Virus record (IMG/VR): IMGVR_UViG_3300021960_000043
Coordinates: 1-64,000 of that record
Origin: a virus
Strand: one strand, 5' to 3'
DNA: 64,000 nucleotides
Shown piece by piece: positions 27,365 to 38,074 of this stretch (the first letter of the stretch is position 1; every line of letters starts with the position of its first letter). The notes below the pieces were generated by a model. It was given only the letters and a program-made list of their open reading frames with translations. It ran no database searches and was not told the origin of the DNA. Both the position numbers and the translations under genes were made by a program.

Positions 27365-28753
27365 GTGTTATCCACAGCAAGCCTTTATGGTGATGATACA
27401 ATCACCTTGCTCAAAGCAGGGAATGATTTGGTAGTGGCAGGGTACGCAAGCGTAGAATTAGTAGATAAACAGGGGGATTTAATAACAAAAAACGCTTTGA
27501 AAGACGGATTCAAAAAGTTCATGACCGACCCAAAATACAGAAACGTACAATTAGCACACTCAAATATACAAGTCGGAGAAGTTATTCCAAATTACACAGA
27601 TAGCGAAGGGAGGGTATGGAAAAGCGAAGTTGATGATGTCGGAATGTTTGTAGTAATACAGTTACGTGATGACATCGAGAAAGCAAAAGAAGTTGCTGCT
27701 GAAATCAGAAAAGGAAAACTAAGAGGTTTTAGCATCGGTGGACAGGCATTCAAAAGAGTAAGAAAAAGTGACCCAAAACACGGCGACTACCAAGAAATCA
27801 GCAAACTAGAATTACACGAAATAACAATCTGTGAAAAAGGAATAAACCCTGAAGCAACATTTAGAATATTAAAACAAGATAAAACAAAGGAAGGAAATAA
27901 AATGACCGAAGAAAACGAAGATATGACGAAGCAATTGGGAGATGTTCTCTCTCGTCTAGAAGGCAGACTTGACGCTATGGAAAAAGGCTCTATGCCACCA
28001 GCACTCAAAGAAGCAATCGCAGACAAGAAAGAATCTTCTGAAAAGAAAGACGACAAAGAAAAGGCATCTGCTGATAAGAAAGATGAAGATAAAGACGATA
28101 AAGAAAAGTCTGAGTTTTCTGACGTTATCACATCAGATTACTTAGATTGGATGGAAAACACCCTAAAAAGCGGCGGTGTAGACATTGATGGTGCAAGAGC
28201 ACACTTCGATGACCTCAACAAAGCAAACTTAGGTTCAGACCTAAAAGACGATGGTGCGGAAAGATTCGCAGCACAAGTCAAAGGTCGAGTGCAAGAAAAT
28301 GGCGCACCTTCCACTAATGCTATTTCCCGTACAACAGGAAGTGGCGGAAAGAAAGATGTTAAGAAATCTGATTTCCTAACACCCGATTCAGTGAGTGATG
28401 CAGATGTAGAAGCAGCATATGAAGTCTACAAAGCAGCGGCTATGGAACAAGAGTTCCGTGGTTCTCTAGAATCAAGTTTTGCAAACCGATTTGCTAATGA
28501 AAGGCAAGAAGAAATTGCAAAAGCACAAGCACAACAATTTGATGCTCGCGGCCCACTTGATGAAGTAATGAAGGCTCTAAACTCTCTTAATGAGAGAATT
28601 GACGGTATGACTTCAGCAGACGGTACAACAACCATCGCTAAGAGTGCAAACACAACACCACAAGTAACTATTCCATCAACTCAGGACATGCACAAAATGT
28701 CATGGGATGAGGTTCATGCCTTAGCAGATAGGGCTTTTGATAGGGGAGAGTGA
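27365..28753 (+). CDS. Prohead maturation protease (HK97/herpes assemblin-like) fused to scaffold
   Basis: VAGYAS..VDKQGD, AH..QVG, LRGFSIGG, LHEITIC..G.NPEA; coiled-coil C-terminal half; likely GTG start at 27365 with TTCATATA 25 nt upstream. Confidence 0.9.
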   Translation: MLSTASLYGDDTITLLKAGNDLVVAGYASVELVDKQGDLITKNALKDGFKKFMTDPKYRNVQLAHSNIQVGEVIPNYTDSEGRVWKSEVDDVGMFVVIQLRDDIEKAKEVAAEIRKGKLRGFSIGGQAFKRVRKSDPKHGDYQEISKLELHEITICEKGINPEATFRILKQDKTKEGNKMTEENEDMTKQLGDVLSRLEGRLDAMEKGSMPPALKEAIADKKESSEKKDDKEKASADKKDEDKDDKEKSEFSDVITSDYLDWMENTLKSGGVDIDGARAHFDDLNKANLGSDLKDDGAERFAAQVKGRVQENGAPSTNAISRTTGSGGKKDVKKSDFLTPDSVSDADVEAAYEVYKAAAMEQEFRGSLESSFANRFANERQEEIAKAQAQQFDARGPLDEVMKALNSLNERIDGMTSADGTTTIAKSANTTPQVTIPSTQDMHKMSWDEVHALADRAFDRGE

Positions 28754-28758
28754 ATTAA

Positions 28759-29931
28759 ATGGCAAGAGATTATGTACGCACAATAACAGATATGGAAAGA
28801 TACTACTATGGGGCAGGTAACTCAATGGGTTACTCCTACACAGGTAGTGAATTACTCAAGGCTGATAGCCCTATGCTATCAACTACCGCTGGTACTTACC
28901 AAGCAATCTACGGTAGAAAAGTATGGTCGCAACTGAACCAAGAGTTCAATGCGTTCTCTATACTACCTAAGAAACCGTGGGATAGAAGCGGATGGCGTGT
29001 TATTACTGCAAAGCCTAACGGCGGTGCTCTACATGGTGGAGTTGCAGAAAACGCAACATTACCTGAGACTGTAAAACCTACATTCCAACACATCGGTGCA
29101 AAACCTAAGACAATTGCTCATACATTCGATATGTCTGAAACAGCAATTTTCCTAGCAGACCGTGATGATGGTCTTGGAGACATCAGAGCAGTTCTGAAAG
29201 AAGAAATGGGTAAACACCACGCTGAAATGGTAAATAAAATGCTATTAGGCGATGTTGACACACCAGCAGCAAACAACTTCGAGTCATTAGACCGTATTAC
29301 TGCTGCTGACGCAGGTACAACAGGATTAACAGGATTGAAAACATCAAGCAGTGATGCACACGTTAGTGCTGCTGCTGACTTAGACATCTATTCAATTGAT
29401 AGAAGTGCTAACTCATGGAGTCACGCTGAAATGGATTGTGCTGCTGATACAGCAGATGCAAGCCGCAGAACTTTCAGCCTAGACCACTTAGATACGCTAT
29501 TCCAGCGTATTTGGGAACGTGGAGGAAACCCTAAGGTTATTCTAACAGGTTACGACACTCTAATGAGATTACAACAACTTCTACAATCACAACAGAGATT
29601 CATGGAAGAGAAGAGAGTTACCCCTACCTACAACGGTGTAAAGGGTGTACCCGGAATCGAAGCAGGTTTCATCGTAGCAACATACAACGGTGTACCAATC
29701 ATACCAACAAAGGATATGCCTGATGATGGTGGAATCAGCCGTCTATACTTCTTAGACACTGATTACATGTATTTCAGTACAGCAATACCGACTCAATACT
29801 TTGAGTCCGGTATCGAAACAGGCGACCCATTCGCAATTAACAGACTAGGACAGGAAGGACTTTACCGAACTATGGGTGAAGTATGGACTACTTTCTTTGG
29901 GGCGCAAGGCTCAGTGAGGGATTTAGTCTGA
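28759..29931 (+). CDS. Major capsid protein (HK97 fold)
   Basis: 390 aa directly after the protease; biased codon usage; YNGVPII and LYFLDT motifs. Confidence 0.9.
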   Translation: MARDYVRTITDMERYYYGAGNSMGYSYTGSELLKADSPMLSTTAGTYQAIYGRKVWSQLNQEFNAFSILPKKPWDRSGWRVITAKPNGGALHGGVAENATLPETVKPTFQHIGAKPKTIAHTFDMSETAIFLADRDDGLGDIRAVLKEEMGKHHAEMVNKMLLGDVDTPAANNFESLDRITAADAGTTGLTGLKTSSSDAHVSAAADLDIYSIDRSANSWSHAEMDCAADTADASRRTFSLDHLDTLFQRIWERGGNPKVILTGYDTLMRLQQLLQSQQRFMEEKRVTPTYNGVKGVPGIEAGFIVATYNGVPIIPTKDMPDDGGISRLYFLDTDYMYFSTAIPTQYFESGIETGDPFAINRLGQEGLYRTMGEVWTTFFGAQGSVRDLV

Positions 29932-29968
29932 GATTCGTGGAGAATTGAAGATACAGGAGGAATAAGAT

Positions 29969-30373
29969 ATGGCAGATACATTAACAGTAACAGCAGCAGG
30001 TGGAAGCATGACAGCAACCTTAGTCGGTGCATGGGAACTTAGAGCAGGTTCTCATGACACCACTGAGTGGTTAGACGGGGCAGCAGATGTAGGTTATCCG
30101 GGCGGAGGTCCGGGTACATTCAATGCTTCAAACTCAGACGGTGCAAACGGATATGACGCAGCACCTAAGATGGCAATAATTACACTAGGAACAGTAGCAA
30201 ATACTGACACCGTGACATTAAGCGGTGGTGTAAGTGCAATACTTGGAGTGTTCGCTTCAAACGGTACAGCAGCAAGCGCACAAACATTAGCAACAACCAC
30301 TAGTGGTCTAGTAATTACAATGGCAACAAGCGGCGCAGTAACAGCCGGACAACTACTTGTACTATACAATTAA
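29969..30373 (+). CDS. Putative head decoration protein
   Basis: Ala/Thr/Gly-rich beta protein after the MCP; strong GGAGG RBS. Confidence 0.6.
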   Translation: MADTLTVTAAGGSMTATLVGAWELRAGSHDTTEWLDGAADVGYPGGGPGTFNASNSDGANGYDAAPKMAIITLGTVANTDTVTLSGGVSAILGVFASNGTAASAQTLATTTSGLVITMATSGAVTAGQLLVLYN

Positions 30374-30384
30374 GGTGGTTTTGA

Positions 30385-30789
30385 ATGCCTATTATAAGAT
30401 ACAATGGGCCTTCATTCTACGGTAGATGTCCTGACCCAAGAATGGCTGACTTCACTCGCGGAGAAGAGAAAGAAGTCAGTCAAACTTGGGTTGATGAATG
30501 GCGTAGAGTCATTGGAGAGCCTAAGTTCACTTTAATTGGTGATGAAGGTGTAACCGTAGACGCTGGTTTAGACGGCATCCCTGATGCTGGATGGAGAAAC
30601 AGTGACATAAAAGCATGGTTGACTGAAAGAAATGTAACAATTTCTAGAGGTTATACTACAAAGAGTGGTTTGCTTACATTAGTTGAGCAAACTCTAAACC
30701 CACCTGCCCCTACCCCTGTTGTAGAAGAGGCAGTTGAAGAAGCGGTTGAAGTACCGATAGAAACAGAAACATTAGAAAACGGAGAGTGA
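30385..30789 (+). CDS. Protein with HeH/LEM-like motif and acidic tail
   Basis: PDAGWRNSDIKAWLTERNV...TKSGLLTLV. Confidence 0.65.
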   Translation: MPIIRYNGPSFYGRCPDPRMADFTRGEEKEVSQTWVDEWRRVIGEPKFTLIGDEGVTVDAGLDGIPDAGWRNSDIKAWLTERNVTISRGYTTKSGLLTLVEQTLNPPAPTPVVEEAVEEAVEVPIETETLENGE

Positions 30790-30796
30790 AAATAAA

Positions 30797-31078
30797 ATGG
30801 CATTTACAAGTACACAAGATACAAGACCGCATTACATAGGCGACCTTATGATGGTAACAGGAACTTTCACTAATGGCGGAGGCGATACAGGTGGAAACAT
30901 TGACCTCTCTTCTATGCTTGCAACAATAGTGGGGGCTGGCGCAAATGCTGGCTCTTCTACTGCTGGCACAGGGGCGGGGGTTGACGGTGTTTTTACATTG
31001 ATTAACGGTTCAACATTAGTATTACAAACTGTAGCCGGACAAGACGGTACATGGTACGCATTTGGTCGCCGCAGTTAA
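30797..31078 (+). CDS. Small Gly/Thr-rich virion protein
   Basis: 93 aa, beta-rich, in the head operon. Confidence 0.65.
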   Translation: MAFTSTQDTRPHYIGDLMMVTGTFTNGGGDTGGNIDLSSMLATIVGAGANAGSSTAGTGAGVDGVFTLINGSTLVLQTVAGQDGTWYAFGRRS

Positions 31079-31091
31079 GGCGGTGAAATAA

Positions 31092-31286
31092 ATGGTTAAA
31101 GCAATACAAGTTATTGGCCCATATAGCCCTAAGGAGTTTTCCGGGGCAGGTAATGACGGTGCTCTAAGCACTAGTATGACAACGGACATAGAAGCATTAA
31201 CAGGATATGTTAGTGCTAACATAATCTCCGTTGAACCTATAACAGTATTGGGTAATATATTTTTAGTGGTATATCAGAAAGAATGA
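31092..31286 (+). CDS. Small hypothetical virion protein
   Basis: 64 aa; GGTGA RBS. Confidence 0.6.
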   Translation: MVKAIQVIGPYSPKEFSGAGNDGALSTSMTTDIEALTGYVSANIISVEPITVLGNIFLVVYQKE

Positions 31287-31302
31287 ATGGGTGGGATAAT
31301 GA

Positions 31303-31587
31303 ATGAGTTTTGGCTTAAAGCACTTAGATGTTGAAGATATAGAAAGACTTCAAAAACAAGGTGTGAGAGCAGAAGAGCATTACCATCCTAACATAGTTAC
31401 TGATGAAAAAAATCCTTTGAAGGGTGTTATCACTAAACAAAGAGCCAACGCTCAAAAAGCATCTGATGTACTAAATATCAAATCCGGTACTAGATGTACT
31501 CATTGTGGTATGCTTCATTTCATGTGGAGGGAAAATTGTGCTACTTGTAAGAAACCAATGAATTATAACTTAGGGGTGAAAGAATGA
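31303..31587 (+). CDS. Zn-ribbon protein
   Basis: CTHC...CATC. Confidence 0.7.
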   Translation: MSFGLKHLDVEDIERLQKQGVRAEEHYHPNIVTDEKNPLKGVITKQRANAQKASDVLNIKSGTRCTHCGMLHFMWRENCATCKKPMNYNLGVKE

Positions 31588-33011
31588 GTGATTTTTTTGA
31601 AGTTTTGAAAGCAAGACGTAAAAGAAAAGATTACTTATCTAGAAAGTACAAAAAAACATATGTCCACCATCCCGAAACAGGATTCAAAGGCACTGCGGGT
31701 CAATTTGCTAACAGACTAATGAATCAAAGGTTTGCAGAATTAGGTATAAATCCTAAAGATTTAACTAAAGAACAAAGAGAAAATTATCGAAAAAAGATAG
31801 AAAATGATATTCTAAATATACCTGATATGACCGACCACACGTTCAATGATTTTGGTCTAAAACAAATTGATAAACCTTCTAAAGAAGAAGAACCAATCAA
31901 GTATGTTTCACATGCTGATGGCTTCAAAGGTACTATAGGTCAAAGAGCCTTTAGAATGATTCAAGATGGTATCAAAGGGGGTATGGACATCCCTGAACAT
32001 CAAAAAGAAGCATTAAGACAAAACTTAGTCTTAGACATGCAACAAAACCCTGAAAAGCATGGGCTTACTGAGATAGTTGGGGCGAAGCGGTCTGACTTTA
32101 GGAAGCCAAAATCCAAAAAAACACCCCAAGCCGCTTCTACCCCACCAAAAATTGCACCAATTTTGCCAAAAGAACCTCAACAGTCTACTCCTGATGGTTT
32201 GAATATGCAAAAAGTTATGCAAGCGATGAAATTATTACAGGATAATAATTTACCTGTAACCGCGGAAAGCATAGAGGCTCTCTTACCACATCTACCTGAA
32301 CAAGACAGTTCACCTGTACAAAGTAGGTCAAATCAAAGTGGTAATCCATATCCTACGGGCTTGACTCCTGAGGGTAAGTTCCAACCACAAAGATTGGGCC
32401 TTTCTTTTAGAGGTGATGAAGTAGAAACACCAGCACAAAAAGAAAAGATGTTGGAATACTTTAGAAATAATCCTGATAAAAGAGTTCAACATAGAAGAGA
32501 AGGAGATGAGTCAGAACAATTTTTGGCTTCATTAATGAACAACATGAGTGCTGAAAGCGATGCAAAAACTGATTTTACTCAATACTTCCCTTCTAGATAT
32601 GATGAAGAAGGTTTAGTAGGTGCTGACACTAGAAGTGCAACTGATGATATGGATAGACCTGAGATACCTGATTATTTAGACCCTGTGAAAAATAAAAAGC
32701 GAATAGAAAATATAGAACGTCAACAAAAAATATTCGATGCTAAAAGTGGTATGACTGAAGAACAATTGAACCAACAAAGAGTTAAGACGATGGCAGCACT
32801 TCAGGGTAAAAAAGTTGCTGATGATGCGGCTAGAGAAAAAGCGATGGCAGATGAAACTAAACCAGCCGAGCAAATGACAATGGCTGATTGGGAGAACCGA
32901 TTAAAAATAAGTGCTGCGAATCCTACAGGCGCACCTCCACCAACATTGAATAGCAATTTTGATAATAATATGTTTGATGAAAACGGAAACTTGAAAGAAG
33001 AATACCAATGA
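31584..33011 (+). CDS. Protein with N-terminal FFEVLKA tag and a duplicated GFKGTxGQ domain
   Basis: YVHHPETGFKGTAGQFANR and YVSHADGFKGTIGQRAFR repeats. Confidence 0.7.
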   Translation: MSDFFEVLKARRKRKDYLSRKYKKTYVHHPETGFKGTAGQFANRLMNQRFAELGINPKDLTKEQRENYRKKIENDILNIPDMTDHTFNDFGLKQIDKPSKEEEPIKYVSHADGFKGTIGQRAFRMIQDGIKGGMDIPEHQKEALRQNLVLDMQQNPEKHGLTEIVGAKRSDFRKPKSKKTPQAASTPPKIAPILPKEPQQSTPDGLNMQKVMQAMKLLQDNNLPVTAESIEALLPHLPEQDSSPVQSRSNQSGNPYPTGLTPEGKFQPQRLGLSFRGDEVETPAQKEKMLEYFRNNPDKRVQHRREGDESEQFLASLMNNMSAESDAKTDFTQYFPSRYDEEGLVGADTRSATDDMDRPEIPDYLDPVKNKKRIENIERQQKIFDAKSGMTEEQLNQQRVKTMAALQGKKVADDAAREKAMADETKPAEQMTMADWENRLKISAANPTGAPPPTLNSNFDNNMFDENGNLKEEYQ

Positions 33012-33020
33012 GGATGAAAT

Positions 33021-34589
33021 ATGCCACAAGTGTTTAGTCCGGGTGAGGGAGAAACAAGACCTCTTGACCCCGATGCTATAGTTTACACAACTGCTCAAAA
33101 AGTAGCAGATTTACTTGAGATTGGCCCACAGGAAGCAGTTGCTGTTGCTCATGATAGTGATGCTGATGGTGTATATGTCACAGGAAGTGATTATAGAAAC
33201 TTAGGTTATACTGTAGGTGATACGTTACTCATCTATTCAGATGCAGACCCATTAGGATTAGAACGTACAATCACTTCTATCACTACATCTATTAATGGTG
33301 TTAAACTCAACTTCACTAGTAACATAACTGCTGCTGACTACCAATCTGCTGATAACACATATGTGCAAAATCTAGCCTCGTTCACCAATGGTAGAACAAG
33401 AGGCGTGAAGAGAAGTAAAGTGGAAGATTTAATCAAAAGGTGTCAGGATAGAATAGATAATATTACTCATAATTCGTGGAGGCCAAACTTAGTCTCAGCA
33501 GAATATATTAATTTTGACACTTACAAACCGTATAGGAGAAGATATTACACAGATTATGTTGGTACAACCCCCCTATTATTCAGAAATGTTCAACAAATAC
33601 TCCGTCTAGAATTATGGCAAGGGGATGACTATAGAGAAATAGGCGCATCTGAGGCTCGTATTGCTTTACCTGATAGTGTTAGAGGTTTGAGTGGTTCTAT
33701 AGTTGTATCACCCGGAAATGGAAGTGCTGGTGTTCTTACAATAGGAACAGGCACAGGTCAATGGAGAGCAGATTTTGATAAAATAACATCAGCACAAAAC
33801 TTGGTTGATTTGATAAATAAAGAAGATAGAGTTAACAAAGCGGCTGTTGATTTCAGCCCTGCTTTTACTTTAGAAGGTAGTACCGATAATGTTGGTGTAC
33901 ATAATGAGTTCTACGCTACGGCTAATTCTGATTATGGTGCGGGTAAAGTGAAGATAACTAGTATGCGGTCTACTCAAGCAGGTGAATCTTGCAGCATCGT
34001 ATCAACTAACACTAACTTAGAAATTAGCCAAACACAAAGCCATGTTGCTACTTTTAGTAGCCTTTCTTCAACTACAATTACTGTGAGTGATTCTACCGGA
34101 AGTTTTACCGATGCTGGTGTTGCGGTTGATGTTAATGGAAAGGTATTCAGTTATACAGGTAAAACAGACACCACTTTCACAGGTTGTGTAATTGTGGTTG
34201 GTTCTGCTTTGACTGAAATCACAGGAGTGCTAACTCAACATATTTTACAAGTTGATTTACACGGTGGTAGTGCTAGTGGTGACAGAGGAAGATTGAGAGA
34301 TTGGTGGATAGACAATGAAATGGGTATTATCTACTTTAACAATTCATATCCTTTCTTTGAGTGGAATGCTGTTAAAGTTGCATACATCTATGGTGAAAGA
34401 TATTTAGAAAAGGCAATAGAAGATGTCTGTACAAAAATGGTAGCCATTGATATTTTAATGTCTGATGATAGAAGTGTACTAATCCCTGAAGGTACACAAA
34501 ACATAGACTTAGCATCTAAGGTACAACTCTACAAACAAGATATTGATAAGATATTACCACGTTACATAGAGGTGGTAACTTTTGAGTGA
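33021..34589 (+). CDS. Head-tail adaptor (gp6/gp15-like) with large beta insertions
   Basis: YTTAQKVADLL; VEDLIKRCQDRID; YIYG...AIEDVCTKMVAIDIL; gene position. Confidence 0.7.
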   Translation: MPQVFSPGEGETRPLDPDAIVYTTAQKVADLLEIGPQEAVAVAHDSDADGVYVTGSDYRNLGYTVGDTLLIYSDADPLGLERTITSITTSINGVKLNFTSNITAADYQSADNTYVQNLASFTNGRTRGVKRSKVEDLIKRCQDRIDNITHNSWRPNLVSAEYINFDTYKPYRRRYYTDYVGTTPLLFRNVQQILRLELWQGDDYREIGASEARIALPDSVRGLSGSIVVSPGNGSAGVLTIGTGTGQWRADFDKITSAQNLVDLINKEDRVNKAAVDFSPAFTLEGSTDNVGVHNEFYATANSDYGAGKVKITSMRSTQAGESCSIVSTNTNLEISQTQSHVATFSSLSSTTITVSDSTGSFTDAGVAVDVNGKVFSYTGKTDTTFTGCVIVVGSALTEITGVLTQHILQVDLHGGSASGDRGRLRDWWIDNEMGIIYFNNSYPFFEWNAVKVAYIYGERYLEKAIEDVCTKMVAIDILMSDDRSVLIPEGTQNIDLASKVQLYKQDIDKILPRYIEVVTFE

Positions 34590-34980
34590 TGCCTTCATAG
34601 AAAGACAATTAGATGATTATATTTGGGTCATAAAAGAATCTTATAAATCAAGTGAAATGCAAGAGTTATTGCAGAACTACATAAAAGGCTCGCCTCCTGA
34701 TTATAGGGAGAAAATTAAAAATCAAGAATTATCAACGTATGGTATGAAAACACAAGATGGTGTTGTCATAAAAGGTAATGGGGAAGAAGCAAAACCCGAA
34801 GATTTGCAAAAAATTGAAGATAATGTTGACAAAAGAATGTTAACAGAATCCCCTGCACTTAGAGAACAGAATCTACAATTAGAAGGCACTTACTTGTTTC
34901 CTGATAAAAAAGAGTTGAAAAAGAAAGCATATGAAGAATTGAAGAAAACTAAAAAACTAGCGAAGGATGGGATTAACTAA
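34582..34980 (+). CDS. Hypothetical neck-region protein
   Basis: 132 aa; TTG start with GAGGTGG RBS. Confidence 0.6.
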   Translation: MSDAFIERQLDDYIWVIKESYKSSEMQELLQNYIKGSPPDYREKIKNQELSTYGMKTQDGVVIKGNGEEAKPEDLQKIEDNVDKRMLTESPALREQNLQLEGTYLFPDKKELKKKAYEELKKTKKLAKDGIN

Positions 34981-35429
34981 TGGTGGCGACTTATAGTGAA
35001 GCATTAGATGTCATCATAGACCTTTTTTCAAGTAATTGGAATAGAGGAAATACTGATAATATCAAACCGATAGTTGTTGATATTGCTAGTACAGACCCTG
35101 AAAGGGGTAAAAGAATTGATATGAAGAAACATGACTATGTATTATGTTTTGAAACAGCACACAATGAAGAAGTTCCTGAGATATTATATGACTTTGTAAC
35201 CACTAGAATCAACATAACGGTTGATATTAGAACCACAAGAAGTAGAGACAGATTGAAGAAAATGGAGAACGAAATTAGAAGATTAGTTCACTCAAAACGC
35301 AAAGGAGATGGGGTAAATTACGATAGGTTAGTATACAAAACACGAACAGACCTATCCGATAGGAGTAAGCAATTGTTCAGAATGACCTTCCAAATAGAAG
35401 TAATTGTGTTTGCAGAACTAATACCATGA
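34980..35429 (+). CDS. Putative tail terminator protein
   Basis: About 150 aa alpha/beta pattern (INITVDIRT...FRMTFQIEV) just before the tail tube gene. Confidence 0.6.
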   Translation: MVATYSEALDVIIDLFSSNWNRGNTDNIKPIVVDIASTDPERGKRIDMKKHDYVLCFETAHNEEVPEILYDFVTTRINITVDIRTTRSRDRLKKMENEIRRLVHSKRKGDGVNYDRLVYKTRTDLSDRSKQLFRMTFQIEVIVFAELIP

Positions 35430-35440
35430 GGTGAAAAAAA

Positions 35441-37399
35441 ATGCCATCAACAGTCTATAAGGGTGATTTAACAGAAATATCATTCGGCCACGAAGCCACA
35501 GTAAAACTACCAACTTATTTTGATGAATCGTTTGTCTTTTCAGTACAGGCTGAAGATGCTAGTGCAGACACTACCACAGTCAGGTTAACAGGTTCAGGAA
35601 GCGCCACAGCGCCTATTTATAACGGTCAATTATCATTCCCTATAGGTATGCTTGTAGGTTCAGAATTAACATTTTCTGATTTGGGTACTAGTCAAAACTT
35701 CAATTTAGATGACAACTTTGCTACATCAGGTAGACGTTATACTATTGTTAAGAATGAAATAGGCTCTAATTATACAGACATAACAATTACACCAAAGATG
35801 CTTAGTGGTACATCTGCTGCTACTACAGCCCTTGGAAATGGTACATTACACATTCATGCTTTCAAAACACCCGCTATGGAAGTGGATATGGAATATTCTG
35901 TTAATGCTAATGCATCATCTGAAAGTGTTGCTACAGACCAATTTATGGGTCTTATTAACACAATATCTCTTCCTGAAACAAAAGTGGATTTGAAGCGTTA
36001 TCACGTTATAGGTCTAGGCCGAGATGTGGCTGTTCAAGTGCCGGGTAGATTCACTAATGTTGGTGGTAGTTTTGAAACCACAATGCACAATGCTAGGTGG
36101 TTGTATTATGGTTTAGGAGAAGAAACTGTTTCTTTCACACCTGATGGAAGTGCGCCTACTTTCTCAACAGCATCTGCTACATCTATTGGTGAGACTTTGA
36201 TGACAACATCTACTGATTTAACATCGCCTTTAGGGAAATATGTTTACATTCAAGATGAAACGACTGTGCCTATACATTTGTATAAAGAGGTAGGAACACA
36301 GGAAACTTACGGTGATTCAGGTGTTGGGCCTGAAGATTTAGTTACAGACACTCAAAGTAAAGAAATGAGAAGAATTGTTGCTTACTATGAAAATGACACT
36401 ACTAACACTAACTACATATGGTTAGATGAAGGTCTAAATTATGTACACGCATCAGGTAAAACTGTAAAAATGGTAGATTATTCAGCCGCCGCCGCTGCTA
36501 ACAGTACACCTGTTTTGGACAATTCGACAAAAACAATTACTAATCCTGTTAACAGAATGTTATATTCTAAGAGTACAGTTCCATCTTTTGCTATGGAAGT
36601 TAGCATTAGAAGGTTAGACAATCAAGAAGAAGATGATACAGCAAATGAAGTTGTAGATGGTGGTGCTAGTGATTCTCAACAATTAACTAGAGTTTTCAAA
36701 GGTTGTAAAGTCAAAGAGTTCTCTATGGTGGCCGATACAGATGCTGCTGTGAGATTGAATGTTGGATTCGATGCTGCACTTTGTTACACTGATACAGGTA
36801 GACTTGAGGCTAGTAATAAAGGTGATAGATTTGATGTACATAGAATCTTTGAAGATACTGCTGATACAGTAGCAAAAAGAAGAGAAGCGGGTATTGGAAA
36901 AGGTACACAAAAACCATTCATGTTTTACAACGGTCAAATACAATTAGGTGGTGTAACACTTGGACAAGTTATCTCCTTTGATTTGAAGGGTAAAACAGGG
37001 GTTGAACAATACTACACTATTTCAGGTAACAGAATGGCTGACGCAGCAACAGACCAAGTTCCTTTTGCTGGTGCTAGAAACGCTAGTCTTGCTGTAGAAG
37101 GTAAGACTGAATATGAATTAGATATGGAAATCATAGTGGATAATCCTACTTTATTCCATCAAATGAGAAGAGCAGTTAGAAACTTCGACAATGCTAACAA
37201 GATGGTTAGATTGTCTTTCGTTAAACAAGGTACAGCAGCAGCATCAGGTAGAGAAAGTATGGACATTGTAATAGATGATTATTTCATTACAGAAGCCTCT
37301 TTACCACTTCCTGACGACCAAGCCCCAATAAAATCCACCTTGAAGATTCTACCTAAGTCCATTAGAGTGTTTGCACAAGATACAGTTTTCCATTATTGA
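35441..37399 (+). CDS. Major tail (tube) protein with inserted domains
   Basis: PSFAMEV, RVFKGCKVKEFSM, PFMFYNG; gene position before the chaperones and TMP. Confidence 0.7.
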   Translation: MPSTVYKGDLTEISFGHEATVKLPTYFDESFVFSVQAEDASADTTTVRLTGSGSATAPIYNGQLSFPIGMLVGSELTFSDLGTSQNFNLDDNFATSGRRYTIVKNEIGSNYTDITITPKMLSGTSAATTALGNGTLHIHAFKTPAMEVDMEYSVNANASSESVATDQFMGLINTISLPETKVDLKRYHVIGLGRDVAVQVPGRFTNVGGSFETTMHNARWLYYGLGEETVSFTPDGSAPTFSTASATSIGETLMTTSTDLTSPLGKYVYIQDETTVPIHLYKEVGTQETYGDSGVGPEDLVTDTQSKEMRRIVAYYENDTTNTNYIWLDEGLNYVHASGKTVKMVDYSAAAAANSTPVLDNSTKTITNPVNRMLYSKSTVPSFAMEVSIRRLDNQEEDDTANEVVDGGASDSQQLTRVFKGCKVKEFSMVADTDAAVRLNVGFDAALCYTDTGRLEASNKGDRFDVHRIFEDTADTVAKRREAGIGKGTQKPFMFYNGQIQLGGVTLGQVISFDLKGKTGVEQYYTISGNRMADAATDQVPFAGARNASLAVEGKTEYELDMEIIVDNPTLFHQMRRAVRNFDNANKMVRLSFVKQGTAAASGRESMDIVIDDYFITEASLPLPDDQAPIKSTLKILPKSIRVFAQDTVFHY

Positions 37400-37408
37400 G
37401 GTGAATAA

Positions 37409-38074
<666 letters not shown>

